A DNA stretch of 64,000 nt from the human T2T-CHM13v2.0 reference genome, Homo sapiens: assembly GCF_009914755.1 (NCBI RefSeq), contig NC_060931.1; one strand, 5' to 3'. Each line of letters begins with the position of its first letter. Positions within the stretch are counted from its first letter, which is position 1. Shown in pieces: positions 45,709 to 58,342 of this stretch. The notes beneath the pieces are model-generated. The model was not told the origin of the DNA. It did not search any database and saw only the letters and a program-made list of their open reading frames with translations. The position numbers and the translations under genes were made by a program.

Positions 45709-46010
45709 GGGCTGGATGCAGTGGCTCACGCCTGTAATCCCAGCACTTTCGGAGGCTGAGGCAGGTGGATCACCCGCGGTCAGGAGTTTGAGACAACCCT
45801 GACCAACATGGAGAAACCCCATCTCTACTAAAAATACAAAATTAGCTGGGTGTGGTGGCGCATGCCTGTAATCCCAGTTACTCGGGAGGCTGAGGCAGGA
45901 GAATCAGCTTGAACTCAGGAGGCAGAGGTTGCGGTGAGCCGATATCCTGCCATTGCGCTCCAGCCTGGGCAACAAGAGCAAAACTCTGTCTCAAAAAAAA
46001 AAAATTAAAA
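45709..46010 (+). mobile_element. AluSp
   Basis: Full dimer; TSD aaagtaggg(a/c)atct. Confidence 0.95.
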
Positions 46011-46649
46011 AAAGTAGGGCATCTGTTTTATTTTTCTTCACATATAAAATTTATTTTTCAAACATTGTATATTTTACAGGCACTTATCTTCTCAGGTTTC
46101 TAGATGGTGGTTTGTCCTGTGACTTCACTCTCTAATGGGTCAAAGTCAAATTGTTCATTTTTATTTTTTAAATTTTTTTTTGTTGTGAAGAAGGGAATGT
46201 CAACTTTTGAATACTTTAAAAGCCTGAGGTGAAATCAGAACAGTCTATTTAATTTTGATCAACGTACAAAAAAGGCAAAATCTTTTTTAACAAATGGCAC
46301 TAGAGCAATTTAATCTCTCTATGGAGATACATAGGTCCTGATCTCTATTTTCCTCTGAAAAAGAAGGGAGAAATGGAAAAGCTCATAGAATAAAATGCAG
46401 AAGAATATATTCGTGACATCCCATAGTTAGGTATTTTTGTACAGTACACACAAAAAGTTTTTAAGGCCAAAGATTATGAAGCTGGAGAAATTATGGTTCA
46501 ATTTCAGTTGAGATTGTCTTTGCTGGGGTGATGGGAACATGAGAGACTTTAGGGACCTTTGACTTTCTACTTTTGCTAGTTCCATATTATTGGAATTTTA
46601 TAATAAATACACATATGGTAATAACAAAATAAATAAATAAAAGCTAGTT

Positions 46650-46960
46650 CAGATAGGCAGAACACAGAAGATTATTAAAGCAGTGAAAGTCTTCTGTATG
46701 ATGCTGTAATGGTGCATACATGTCATTATACATTTGTCCAAACCCACAGAATGTACATCAGGAGTGATCTTTGGTTAATAATGTTGGGTCATTGTAGATT
46801 CATCAAGTCTAACAAATGTTCCACTCTGATGGGAGATGTTGATAGTGGAGAGTCTGTGGGGGTAGGGGGTGTGGGCTAGGAGGTTTATGGAAAAATCTCT
46901 ATATTTTTCACTCAATTTTGCTATGAGTTTTACATTACACCCAAAAATAAAGTCCATCAA
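46650..46960 (+). mobile_element. L1MC1-like 3' end
   Basis: catgtcattatacatttgtccaaacccacagaatgtaca. Confidence 0.85.
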
Positions 46961-48528
46961 AACAAGGCCACTTTGGTGTCCAATAATCTTAAATTACTAA
47001 ATTCAAATTGATTTTGCTCATTTCAAAAAGATATGTACAAATATACATATATTATCTCAGGAATTACATATGTGGTATTTGAAATATACAGTTTTCCAAG
47101 TTCCACTGTGAATTATTTTAAAACAAAATTCCTAAATTTTTTGTAAGTTTCATTGTAAATTATTTTTTAAAAAATTTAATTTTTTGTTTTTAAAAAATCT
47201 TTTTATATCAGTTCATTTTGCCAATATTAATCTTATTGTGCAAGGGGCATAGTTTGTTTTATTGTTTTATGTGTCATGCAGAGTTCATAGATTCACTAAT
47301 TCCTTCCAGGAAACTTAAACACTTCATGTTAGACTAAACCAGATGTAAAGAATTTTTTTGTTTGTTTTAAAGATAAGACAAGAAGGTCCCAACATTGTGG
47401 CTGTAGTAAGACAGTGTTGCCATGGAATAAAACATCAAGATGGTTATTGAAAAAACTTTCCCAAATATGATTAAAAATAAGAAGATTCTTAGGTCCACAA
47501 TGAATCACAAATGCTACTTCTCCCAGAGAAACCCAACACAGCAAGATTAACAGGCTCTGAGTCACATATTAAATACAACAAGGGCCCACTAAGTTATAAC
47601 CTAACCCTATTCCAATCCAAGATCCAGGAATTTCTTCACCCACAAATTATCTTGTCATTTGGCCAAATCCTGTACTCATGACCAAATTTTTACTTACTTC
47701 AAAACTATTTCACTTTCCCAGAACTTGTGACTTTGTGAATCATCAGAAAATATATATTTTTTTCTGATAATCAGGTATCTCTTTTCTTGTATATAACATA
47801 GGAAAAGGACAAGGTCCATTATAGCCAGAAGCCTAGAACATTGTTATATACTAAGATTTATTTCAAGATTAATAAGAAAGAGCTGACAAAAAGTAATAGG
47901 CCTGATAAATCAATTTACACATTTATTGATACCAATATCAAAACCGATGAAATACTATTGCTTCATTTCTGATGAGCAATGTCCTGATCCATCCCACATA
48001 CAGAGGTCATACTGATGCTCATGGTTGAATTTGCTGATTTTCCCCCTTGGTGGTGGCTTAGTGTTCTGAGCTATGTTCCCATACATTGCATAATGATCCA
48101 GGAGCTATAGAAATAAAATGTATGTGTCTGTCATTTCAGCGAGCAGTCCTTGCAATGCCTACAGATTTTCAAGTCAGTTTTGACTTCAGGAACATATTAT
48201 TATTATCCCTAGCTGTTGAAGAGAGTTTCTCTAGAAGGAATTTTACAATTTAATCTTCAGGTCCTTAGAATCACATCTTGCTATAGCCCGGGCCTATTTT
48301 TGTTTCTGAAGGAATGCAGCTTTGCATTCCTCGATCTTCTCCTGGTGGCAGCCCACCTTATCTTGACCTTTTGCAGACAGTTCATCTCCAGACTGCTAGG
48401 TGATTCATCAACTCACGTCAGGAGAGACCATGGGGTTTTGTTTTGTTTTGTTTTGTTTTATTCTTTCATGGCCAATTTGGTACTATCTCTCCATTTTCAG
48501 AACCTCAGTTCTTTTCTGCAAATGGGGA

Positions 48529-48876
48529 TTGCTATAGACTGAACATTTTGTCCCCACAAAATTCATATCATCATGGGAGGTGGAGCCATTGTGAGATGAT
48601 TAGGGATAGATGAGCTTGTGAGGGTGGATCCTCATGAACAGGATTAGTGCCCTTATAAAATAGGCCCAAGGGATCTTCTTTGCTTCTTCCACCATGTGGT
48701 GACACAGCAAGAAGTTGCCCTCTGTGAAGCAGAAAGCAGGACCTCCCCAGATACCAAACTTGCTGGCACCTTGATCTTGAACTTTTCGGTATGCAGAATT
48801 GTGAGAAATAAATGTTTGTTGGTAAAGCCACCCAGTCTGTAGTACTTTTGTTATAGAGCCTGAATGAGCTAAGACA
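48529..48876 (+). mobile_element. MLT1A-type LTR
   Basis: tgctatagactgaa..caaaattcata..gctggcaccttgatcttg..ctaagaca. Confidence 0.88.
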
Positions 48877-49613
48877 GGACTAAATCCACAGGTTTATGTG
48901 AACACATGATGCTGCATTGCTTCTTGTTTTCAGTGAGACTTCAAGTGAAGTGGACATATTTTCATATGATATTTCTGAATTTTTAATTTAAAATACAGAA
49001 AATATAAACACATGTTTTAAGTGCCTGTTGTATGCTGCATACTGTACCAGATATTTTTACATACATTGAGGAATGAAATCAGTCTTTATTGAGAATCTAA
49101 TAAGTACCAGATACTTTTACATGAATTACCCCATTTAAATCTTCAGGCAACCTTACAGCAATTTTGCTGATGACATAATAGAAAGTGGTGACTTGGTCAA
49201 GGTCATGTAGCTAATAATACCAGGCACAGAATTCAAACACAATGTGTCACACATTTGCCTAATGCCTTTTTTTGAGTGGAAGTGGATTGCCTAACAATAG
49301 AAATAAGGAATGAGGTCAGAATATAGGAAATTTTTAATAATAAAAAAGGGTTTTGTGGTTGTGCTTGATGCAAGAAAAGAATGAGATGTTTAAGGGAACG
49401 TCTCCAAGGGTATAGTTTGGCATCAAGGATGACAGTAAAGTAAAGAAAATTTAAAAAGTAAAGTAGACTTCCTGTCTACTTAGCCCCTTTTACTCTGCTG
49501 AGCCGTAAATTTCAGATTGAAAGAGGGAAAAAATGTGTTGCAGAGCAGCCCTGAATCCTAAGATTGGGGAAAGGCATTGTAAGAGAGCCCTGAACTCTGA
49601 ATACTAATATGTG

Positions 49614-50299
49614 TGAAACTGCCATTGCAAAAGTGTAACTGAGACAGTGGAAAGAGCTTTGACCTAACCAACTCCATCTTGCTTCTCACCTCCAAGCTGT
49701 CCTTGTTCATTCCTGGACGTAGGCTGAACTAACTTTGAGAATAAATTAGTTTATAGTTTATCATTTAAAACAAAGACAAGAACAGCCCTTTCCCGAAACA
49801 AACCCCCTTCTTGCCTGAGGACTAGACTACCTTTGCAGGACTAACAAATTAGCCACAAGATTAGAAATTATGGTTTAGGTGTCATGCAGCTGGATTCTGA
49901 CCCTCCCTAAACTGCTCCTAAGATCAGTGCTTGAGATATTTTGCAGACCCTGAACCTGATGGATCAGCTGGCACCACCCAGATTGATAAACTGGCTCATC
50001 TGATCTTGTGGACCCCACCCAGGAACGGACTCAAAGCGCGAAGACGGCTTCGACTTCCTATGATTTCATCTTTGACCTGACCAATCAGCACTCCAGGCTC
50101 ACTGGCTTCCACCCACCCACCAAGCTGTCCTTAAAAACTCTGATCCTCGAACGTTCAAGGAGACTATTTGAGTAATAATAAAACTCCTGTCTCCTGCACC
50201 ACAGGCTCTCTGTGAGTTACTCTTTCTCTATTGCAATTCCCCTGTCTTGATAAATCGGCTCTCTCTGGGCAGTGGGCAAAGTGAACCCACTGGGTTGCA
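49614..50299 (+). mobile_element. LTR8 (ERV1) solo LTR
   Basis: tgaaactgcc..ctccatcttgcttct..cctccaagctgtccttgttcattcctgg; AATAAA; end gggcaaagtgaaccca. Confidence 0.9.
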
Positions 50300-51371
50300 C
50301 TCACTACCATTTATCAAACACCAAGTGTGGAATCAGGGATGGGAGCCAGCCCAGTTCTGTGGATTCCACAGCCTGCTGTGGTCATGTGTGGTACTCCTGA
50401 CTGCCTTTTATATTTTAGTACCTTATCCATATTTCTCCATTAACCTTTCACAATGTCACCGATGATGGGACCCTTTCACGTGGACTTCGTGACTCATGTT
50501 TTCAGCCCCCTTTGCAGCTGGGACACAGGTCTGTGATGTTGGCTGACACTCAGTCATACAGGGCCTGGGTTTTGTTTCTGAAGTGGGCAACATAGACTAG
50601 TCTGTGCTGGCTGGGGCAGAGGAGCAGGCTGTCTACAGTGGCAGCAGCTGCAGTAATGGCTTCTCAGGAGTTTAATGTCAAATTCAAGGCTTAGGAAGGT
50701 GTCAGTGCTAATGGCTGCATCAGTCAAGTCAAGCCGAGTTCCTAATGTTGGATGCTCAGCTGTGGCTGTGGGTGACGGCTGACTTCTCATCTGTGCCAGG
50801 AAATTGGTGTCATTCCTGGAAAGTCTTTCTCCAGTCCTTCCAACTACTCAGGAAGTTTCCCTATGATGATTTCTAACTTAAATGTTACTTTTCTTCATAA
50901 AATAGGAAAAGCCAGTTCCATTTTACTTTTACGGCCATAATCATGGTCTTCTAATAACCCCGCTGCTTCTTGGGGCAGAGTAGAGTGCCAGGTTCCTTTG
51001 GACTTGAAGCCAGAGGGCCCCAGAGCACTTGCTGACAGGAGAGGTCAGCTCAGCTCTCTTCCTAGAACCTCAGAGAAGGCTGGAGATGCTGAGGCCAGGT
51101 AGAGTCACAGACAGCATAAAATGGAAGATGGTGCATTGAGTCACCTTTGGGGCAGATACTGACCTGCATCTCAGATGACGTGGCCAAGTAAAATATTTAA
51201 AATATTGCATTTTGAGCATTTATAAATTAAATGGTAATCATTTGGAAGCAGCTTGATTACAAACAGCTAAAAGTTAAATGAAATATTCATGGGTGCTCCC
51301 AGTCTCTTCTCTGGTCCTTATACCTCAAGAACAGGGATCTGTGGGAATAAAACCTAAGAGCTGTCACTTAC

Positions 51372-53001
51372 TGACACCACTCTGTGCTTTGGGCTGACCT
51401 GAGAATTCCATCTGTGTTGTCCCATGGAGTTGCATCCTGACTGGCTGGGGAAAGAGTTGGAGAGAGGTGGATTTGGTTTTGGCTGCACCACTCTTGACAG
51501 AGTGGCAGGGGATGAACGTCTTCACCCCCATCCTGTCTCTGTGTGCATATTGTTGAGAGTCATGGTTGAGATTTAGCATGTATTCCAAAATTCCTCTTGT
51601 TATTCCCATTGCTGGCCAAGGATGGCACTCTTTCATGACTGAAACAGAAGGAGATTAAGTTGTGGACACTCCAGTGGAAGACCATTCTGGGTCCGTTTAT
51701 CTAATTCCCATCTGTAGAAACAAGAAGCGATCCTGGGTGGCATGTCCAGCTTCCAAGAGCAAACCCAGCCTCAATGCCATGGGCCAGCAGGAAACACCAA
51801 ACACAGTGAAAAACTGCAGGGTTTCTTAGCATTGCCTTTCACTACATCTGGTTTTCTGGTGTCTTTTTTTTTTTTTTTTTTTTAACTGTTCTGTGGAGAT
51901 GAGAAGGCCTTCCCTGGGGCTCTTGTGAGAGTTGCCTGTGATGAGAATGTGCAGGGCGAAAGCGGTGAATGTGCCAGGGACCCTCCTCAGTGTGCAAGGA
52001 AGAGACTTCACTTTCTACTTGGCAAAACAAAGCAAAAAAGCACCAGAAACATACCTTTCCTCTGTGACAAAATTGAGTGAGTGAGTTTCTAGAATATTGA
52101 AATGACAGTGTATTTAAGAAATCTCACAGGCATTGTGCAAAACACTGGTCTAGGAGCAGAGACCAGGGCAGAGTGCCTTCCTTCACAGAGATTGTAGGAG
52201 AAAAGGCCCCATAGGAGGGTGAGAGAACCGGGTCGTGAACACTGGGGACAACATTAGAGTCCACATTGATCTGGGATCATTTTTCAAATGTATCTAAGAA
52301 GAGTCATACAAACAGAAAACTGCTTTTCAAAGATATGATAAACTAATGTCATCCATGTAAGAGAGCCTTAGAGTGAAGTGTTGATGGGAAAATTCTTGCT
52401 CAGGTAAAAATATCACTGACCCAGGTATGCCTCAGAGATTGCTTCCAGGGTTCACAGCAGTGCTTGGAATGCTATTAACCTGTTTAAGGTTTTATTAAAT
52501 CTTCAATGTTCCGTCCAGGTCCATTTTAACCAATGTACGTTTAAATACTACGTAAAACACATACCTATTTAAAAGTAAAGCCAACGTACCCCCAAGGCAA
52601 TTGCTTCCCAGTAATCCATATTTCAGTCACCGCAGGAGCTGGAACTGAAAATCAGGTCAGATGAGGCTTTTGGATTAGCAATCTTCACCTTATCTGAACT
52701 ATGGAGAACCCTGTGGCCTGTGAGCACAGTGCAGCTGGCTGCATGCTGAGCATAGCTTTCCTTCTGAGATTTATGGTGCTTCTGCCTTAGGTTGGAAACA
52801 CTGAGAGTACTTAACCTCCCAACTTTATTTGCTGGCTTTTCTCCTTAGCTACAGGAAAAAAAAAAGGAGTGCATTAAAGTGAAGCTAAAACACTTAATTG
52901 AATGTTTTACAACCTCAGGAACATCTGGGGTTAATCCTCATCCCATCTGAACCGGTCAAATATCAAAAAATAGCTTGCTTTTTAAGGGATCCACCACATC
53001 C
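51372..53001 (-). pseudogene. Cluster of additional ambiguous candidate exons (about 52915-53001, 52590-52645 or 52480-52547, 52055-52088, 51372-51398)
   Basis: Several good minus-strand sites (tgatttcag|, AAG|gtatgt at 52054, TCA|gtaagt at 51371); some options are mutually incompatible. Confidence 0.35.
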
Positions 53002-53191
53002 TGAAATCAACAGAAGTAAACACTTTGTGAAGCACACAAGCCCATGTGGGGTTAGCCGTAGGCTGGAGGTTAGTTAAAAACTTTGCAAGCATGGGATACA
53101 AGGGAAAAGAGGTCATTGGAAAGGATTTCCTTTAGAGAAATCAAATCCAGTTCCACTGTCAAGGACGTCTCTCCTAGGCAGATGCATTTTC

Positions 53192-53277
53192 CATTCTTAG
53201 GGTTGTCCAGTCTAATAAAAGAGTCTTCCTGAGACAAACGATTTGTGGTGTTTATGTTCTCAATAGGTTCAGAAAAC
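53192..53277 (-). pseudogene. Pseudo-exon FSEPIENINTTNRLSQEDSFIRLDNPKN
   Basis: Strong acceptor ctctctccattttctctgtag|G; donor degraded (|gaaaat); resembles recalled QRAERLSVARENF..KNNP. Confidence 0.55.
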
Positions 53278-53479
53278 CTACAGAGAAAATGGAGAGAGCT
53301 CTTATTTGGCTTCTGCTTGTGAACACAATTGAGCTGTCTGCAAGACCAAATACCTAGCATCCAAGAATTTTTCAGATCTCATCCATTTCCATGACTTTGT
53401 AAAGAGAAATGAGCAGGGTCACTGCAACTCCACCTCCTCTTGGAAAATTGTACTATAGAGCTGCTTCCTCTGATTCTTT

Positions 53480-53613
53480 TGTTGTTATTGTTGTTTAGAG
53501 ACAGGGTCTTGCTATGTTTTCCAGGCTGGTTTCCAGCTCCTGGGCTCTTGTGATCTTCCTGCCTCAGCCCCCTGAGTAGCTGGGGCTACAGGCATGTACT
53601 ACTGCAACTGGCT
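53480..53613 (-). mobile_element. FLAM_A-like monomer
   Basis: Single Alu-like arm. Confidence 0.8.
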
Positions 53614-54504
53614 TGATTCTCTTTTCCAAAGTGGTCATTCCTCAACTTTGGTTCCTCTGTCCTTGGGTGGTCTCAGTTTCTCCCATGTTTCCAGTGGCCA
53701 CATCTAGGGTGGTAGAAATTTGCATATCTAACCTTTCCCTATAATTCTGAGCTTTACTCCATCATTGAGCATTAGCTGAGCATTGCTCCCTCAATGGCCC
53801 ACTAGCTCCTCAAAAGGAGAATATCAGGAGCACTTCATTTCTGCCCCAAGCCAGCTTTCAGTTGTCTCTGACCTCCTAATGACATCGACTCGGAACTGCT
53901 CTCTATTCCTCACTCCTCACTAATGACCAATTCCTTCCTATGGCCAACTGTAAGTTAACCTTCCACTCCTGCAGCCAACTTGTGCCAGGAAGGCCCTCCT
54001 GCACCTCCTCCAGGTTGCTACGGCCATCTCCTAACTGGCCTTTCCCATTAGCTTCTTCTCCAATCCAGTCTCCTCACCCAGAAACAACTCACCTTTCCAA
54101 AGCTCGACTCTAGGGAGGTTGTGTTCCAGCTCCACTCTCTTCAGCATTCCCTTTTTTTCTGCCCTGGTTTGCCTGTGGCCCATTTGACCAGTCCCCTCTC
54201 TCATTCTAAGTGTCCTTTCATCCTCCAGTCATAGGCATACACTGTCCCCTCAAAGACCCTGTGCATTTTTGCCTATTCCCTTATATTTGTGCTGTCTCCA
54301 AAGCCCAAAAGACTCTACCCATCCCTTGGTGTCCTTCAGGGTTGGTTTATGTGTTGTTCTTTCATGAAGCTTTCTGATGTGTTCTCTTCATGGGTAACTT
54401 CTGACATTAGGATCGTCCCTATAAAGGATTTAACAGAGGGTTCACTTTAGTTTTTTGACTGTTTTCCTTATGCTGATAATTTTCCATCCTCTACTCCTAC
54501 TTGC

Positions 54505-54962
54505 TATATTAGTTTACTAGGGCTGTCATAAGTGACATAAACTGGGTGGCTTAAACAGCAGACATTTATCATCTTACAGTTCTAGAGGACTGAAGTCCAA
54601 ATTTTAGTTGTTGGCGGTGCCAAGCTCCTTCTGAAAACCCACAGGGGAGAATCCTTCTTTCCCTCTTCCTAGCTTCTGGTGATTGCTGACAGTCTTTGGC
54701 GTTTGTTGCCTTGAAGTTGCATCACTCCAATCTCTGCCTTCAGCATCACATGGCATTATCCTCCTGTGTTTTCTCATAAAGACACCAGTCATATTGAATA
54801 AGGGGCCCAACCTACTCCGGTATGACCACATATTAAAACTAACTACATCTACCAGTGACCCAATTTGCAAATAAGGTCATATTCTGAGGTGCTAGGGTTT
54901 AAGACTTCAAAACATAGTTTTTGTGTGTGTAGTGGGGGGTGCTGCAATCCAATTCATACTAC
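54505..54962 (-). mobile_element. MLT1B/C LTR
   Basis: tattagttt.ctagggctg..aaactgggtggcttaaac..aaataaggtcatattctgagg. Confidence 0.88.
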
Positions 54963-55522
54963 TTGCTATTCCCTTGGTTGTATGCTTCTGCCAAAGTTGG
55001 CAGTTGGGTATATTTGTTCAAACTCTAAACATCGGGGCTAAGAGCAAAATTATTTAAACTCCCGGTATTGACCATGTTAATACATGTTGAGCACTGGATA
55101 AATGTGAAGTTCACAATCAAGGAGTTATTCAATAAAGCTTTTTTTTCTCTCCAGAATTTGAAAGAATTAATCTTTATTATATAATATTACACTGTGTTCA
55201 ATTAATTGATACTTTCTCAAACTCAAACCTGAGACATCTGAGAGAGACTAAATACACTAATTTCCTCTCCAAACCTAGCTCTTCTCCTAGTCTCTCTCTC
55301 TCAATCAGATATCTCATGACCCACCCGGAACTCCCAGAGGCTCCCTTAACTGTCCCTCTCCTGTGTTGTCCTTATACCCACCTCTGTGTATCTGAGTCCT
55401 GCACTCAGCTGGAAGGACCAGGATTTTATTTGTCTCTGTATCATCTCCCCCAGCACCTGGTCCACACTTGGCCCATGTGAAGTGCTTCAAAATATAGCCT
55501 GAATGTATTTAATCTTTGGTAC

Positions 55523-55585
55523 TTATCCTAAAACTGATGCCATTTCAAGGGCCAGCTCATTTCTTTTCCATCTACTTGGACTCTT
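55523..55585 (-). pseudogene. Pseudo-exon KSPSRWKRNELALEMASVLG*
   Basis: Acceptor ctttactcttctctactgcaag|, donor |gtacca; RWKR follows the previous exon in phase; one extra G creates TAA. Confidence 0.6.
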
Positions 55586-55761
55586 CTTGCAGTAGAGAAG
55601 AGTAAAGGGGAATGGTTGGGCCTTAGATGTGAGGAACATTGAACTAAATATCTCATCGGTGCTACAGACTAACAAGGTGCAGGTGGTCTCGCAGTTTTCT
55701 GCTAAGGAGAAGGTGAAGGCCAACGGTGGGTGCTGTCTAGCGTCAAGGAAGAGGCCCTTAC

Positions 55762-55815
55762 CCGAAACTTGATCTGAGCGATAAATCTCTGCCTTAAGCA
55801 TTGATCACAGTAGAA
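55762..55815 (-). pseudogene. Pseudo-exon FYCDQCLRQRFIAQIKFR
   Basis: Acceptor cacttttag|, donor CGG|gtaagg; 54 nt, phase 0-0; the only open frame of three; resembles recalled FFTDRITQLVQSKYL. Confidence 0.6.
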
Positions 55816-56537
55816 CTAAAAGTGCCATAGAAATAAATAAAATTTATTTTGCAAATGAGGACACAGATGCAGAAGCCCAGGGATGTTATCAAAGTTCCTC
55901 ATTTAAGCTATTGAGCCAGCATTTGAATTTTGTATTTCTAACACAGGATCCTGAATTGTTTTTGAAATATATTATACAGTGAGGATACATCCTAACTTTG
56001 CATTGGTAGATTCTGATGGTCTCAGACACTTGGGTCTGATCCTATTAACCCTTGGATGTAGGCATTTAATTTAATCTTCGACTGTGTTTACTTGTAGCCA
56101 TAATTCTGTGTTGATTCTAAGCTTCTTACCAGTGTGTAATTTTTCTGAAAAGCAAACACGTATGTGTGGCCTATCTTGTATGTTTGTCTCCCACAAAGTG
56201 GCTTGGGAAATGTGAGAGGTTAATAAAAATGCAGTAGTAGTTATTTTATTAAAAGGAAAAACTATAACTTCAAGGATGATGTTTCATGGAAAAGGTGCAG
56301 TATATAATGGGATTATAGGATTGTGAGATCAAGTGTTGCAAGAAAGGTACTGGGAAGAAAGGTGCCTTGCCATACCCTGTAGGAAATAATGATAATATAT
56401 CCTTCTGCTTTCAGGAAGAAAATTATCCAAATTCTCTCTTATATATGATAAATGGGAAGCTTTCAATATGCAGACAAAGAAAAATACACAAACCTTTTTA
56501 GCACCTTAACTGTATCACCATTTAAAAAATGTCTTAC

Positions 56538-56640
56538 ATAGAATTCCGACATTATAGCCATAAATACTCTTAAAGTGAGAATGAAAATAGGAATTGCAGC
56601 TGGCATGTCCTCCACTCTCTTTGAAGTATCACCTCTGAAA
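56538..56640 (-). pseudogene. Pseudo-exon (V)SEVILQREWRTC..., frameshifted
   Basis: Acceptor ..cgtgccag|, donor TAT|gtaaga; 103 nt, requires an internal frameshift; resembles recalled DVMQRELESC. Confidence 0.5.
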
Positions 56641-56714
56641 CTGGCACGTGTAGGGGACACAGACATAAAAAGAAATGCCTACATGTAATACATACATGCA
56701 CACAAAGGTAAAGC

Positions 56715-56758
56715 CAGGTTTTGCAATCTTGAAAGTGATATCTTTCAGGGAACTTTCC
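56715..56758 (-). pseudogene. Pseudo-exon (R)ESSLKDITFKIAKP
   Basis: Acceptor ttttctattctttcacttag|G; 44 nt, phase 2 to 1; donor GC or degenerate; resembles recalled RELALK..EAKP. Confidence 0.55.
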
Positions 56759-56979
56759 CTAAGTGAAAGAATAGAAAATTCTGAACCCAAACTGAGCATC
56801 GGTACTTGGGAGGAAGGGACCACACATGAGGATCCCTGAAGTTTTAGCTTGATAGATGTGCCTTTGTATGTAAAATTCAGGATTCCAAATAATTTCACCA
56901 ATTTATCTGTCATAATTTCCCTGTTTTGCAACTTCATATGTGCCATGCTAACTACATACTTTACCCCCTTCCCTTTAAA

Positions 56980-57430
56980 AATGTGCACCTCTATCACAGC
57001 ATTATTCACAATAGCCAAGAGGTGGAAGCAACCCAAATGTCCATGGGCAGATTAATGGATTAACAAAACATTGTTTGTACATACAATGGAATATTATTCA
57101 GCCTTAGATAGGAGGAAAGTTCTGACACATGCAACAGCATGAATGAACCTGTAAGTTCATATGCAAACTGAAATAAGACAGTCACTGAAAGACAAATACA
57201 GTATGATTCCACATATAGGAAGTATCTAAAGAAGTCAAATTCATAGACACAGAAAGTCAAATGAGGGATGCCAGGGAATGAGAAAGAGGGAGTGAAGAGT
57301 TAGTGTTTAACAAACACAGAGTTTTAGTTTTGAAAGCTGAAAAGAGTTCAGGAAATAGATGGTGGTGATGTTTGCACAGCAATGTAAATGTACTTAATAC
57401 CACCAAACTTCACTCAAAATGATTGTAAAT
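56980..57430 (+). mobile_element. L1MB 3' end
   Basis: gcattattcacaatagccaagaggtggaagcaacccaaatgtcca. Confidence 0.88.
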
Positions 57431-57914
57431 GATGTGACCTTTCAAGGCAGGAGGGACAGCATGTGTGGAAGCTGGAGCTGGGTTGGGAAGTGCAGTGACA
57501 AAGATGGGGAGGAGCTGGGGCACGGCATGCATATAGGAATTGCTAACACAGAGCAACCCCCATTTGACTGCATGAGTTGGGCCAATGACAAATGAGGTTG
57601 GAAATGGAATGAAGAACCCCTGATGGTGGCATTTGAACTAATGCTGAGAAGCTTGGGCTCTACCCAGTGTCTTTCAACATGCGGTTCATGGATAACCTAC
57701 GTCTGTTTCACTCAAGTACTTGTTGAAGTGAAAATTCCCAACCTCAGCCCTAGAATTGTATGCATTCAATTCTTTGCATATAGTTGATAGAAATCAATTT
57801 TTCTAACAAAATCCCCAGCTCATCTCCATAAAGAAGATAATTAGAGAACTGTGTAAGACTTGGAAAACTCTTAAAAATCCTTCCATCTTGGCTGCACCCA
57901 GGGAAAGCATCTCT

Positions 57915-58100
57915 TTCCACAGATTGTGGAGGTGCAGAAGAATTGCAAATGGGATTTTGAAAGGTGCACGTGACATTATAGAGCTTCCACGTTCCGAGGA
58001 AATATTGGCTTGCAATTTGAAATGGAAACTTCGCAGCCTTATTTTATTCATGACTTTTGCAAGAGTTTCCACATTTGCCAAGGGAAACGTTTGCCAGAAT
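57915..58100 (-). pseudogene. Candidate N-terminal pseudo-exon (ANVETLAKVMNKIRLRSFHFKLQAN...RAPFKIP)
   Basis: Open frame in non-repeat sequence with several CpGs; loosely resembles the recalled DUF4549 start (KVQAVEKELAIQLAELKTEIEEN..SSVQIP); splice sites unclear. Confidence 0.35.
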
Positions 58101-58215
58101 TAAAACACACGAAGGATGCATCACTCTCTCTTCCCACACATGGGGAAGTCATTAAAATTGAATCGGCTTGGCAGCTGACAGCTCAGGTGTTCAGTGACTG
58201 CTGAAAACTTTTTAA

Positions 58216-58342
58216 TCTCTCTTTCTTTCTTTTCTTTCTCTCTTTCTTTCTTTCTCTTTCTTTCTTTTCTTTCTCTCTCTCTTTCTTTCTTTCTCTTTCT
58301 TTCTTTCTCTCTTTCTTTTTTCTTTCTTTCTTTTTTTTTCTC
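58216..58342. repeat. CT-rich (TTTC/TC)n tract
   Basis: Direct read. Confidence 0.95.
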
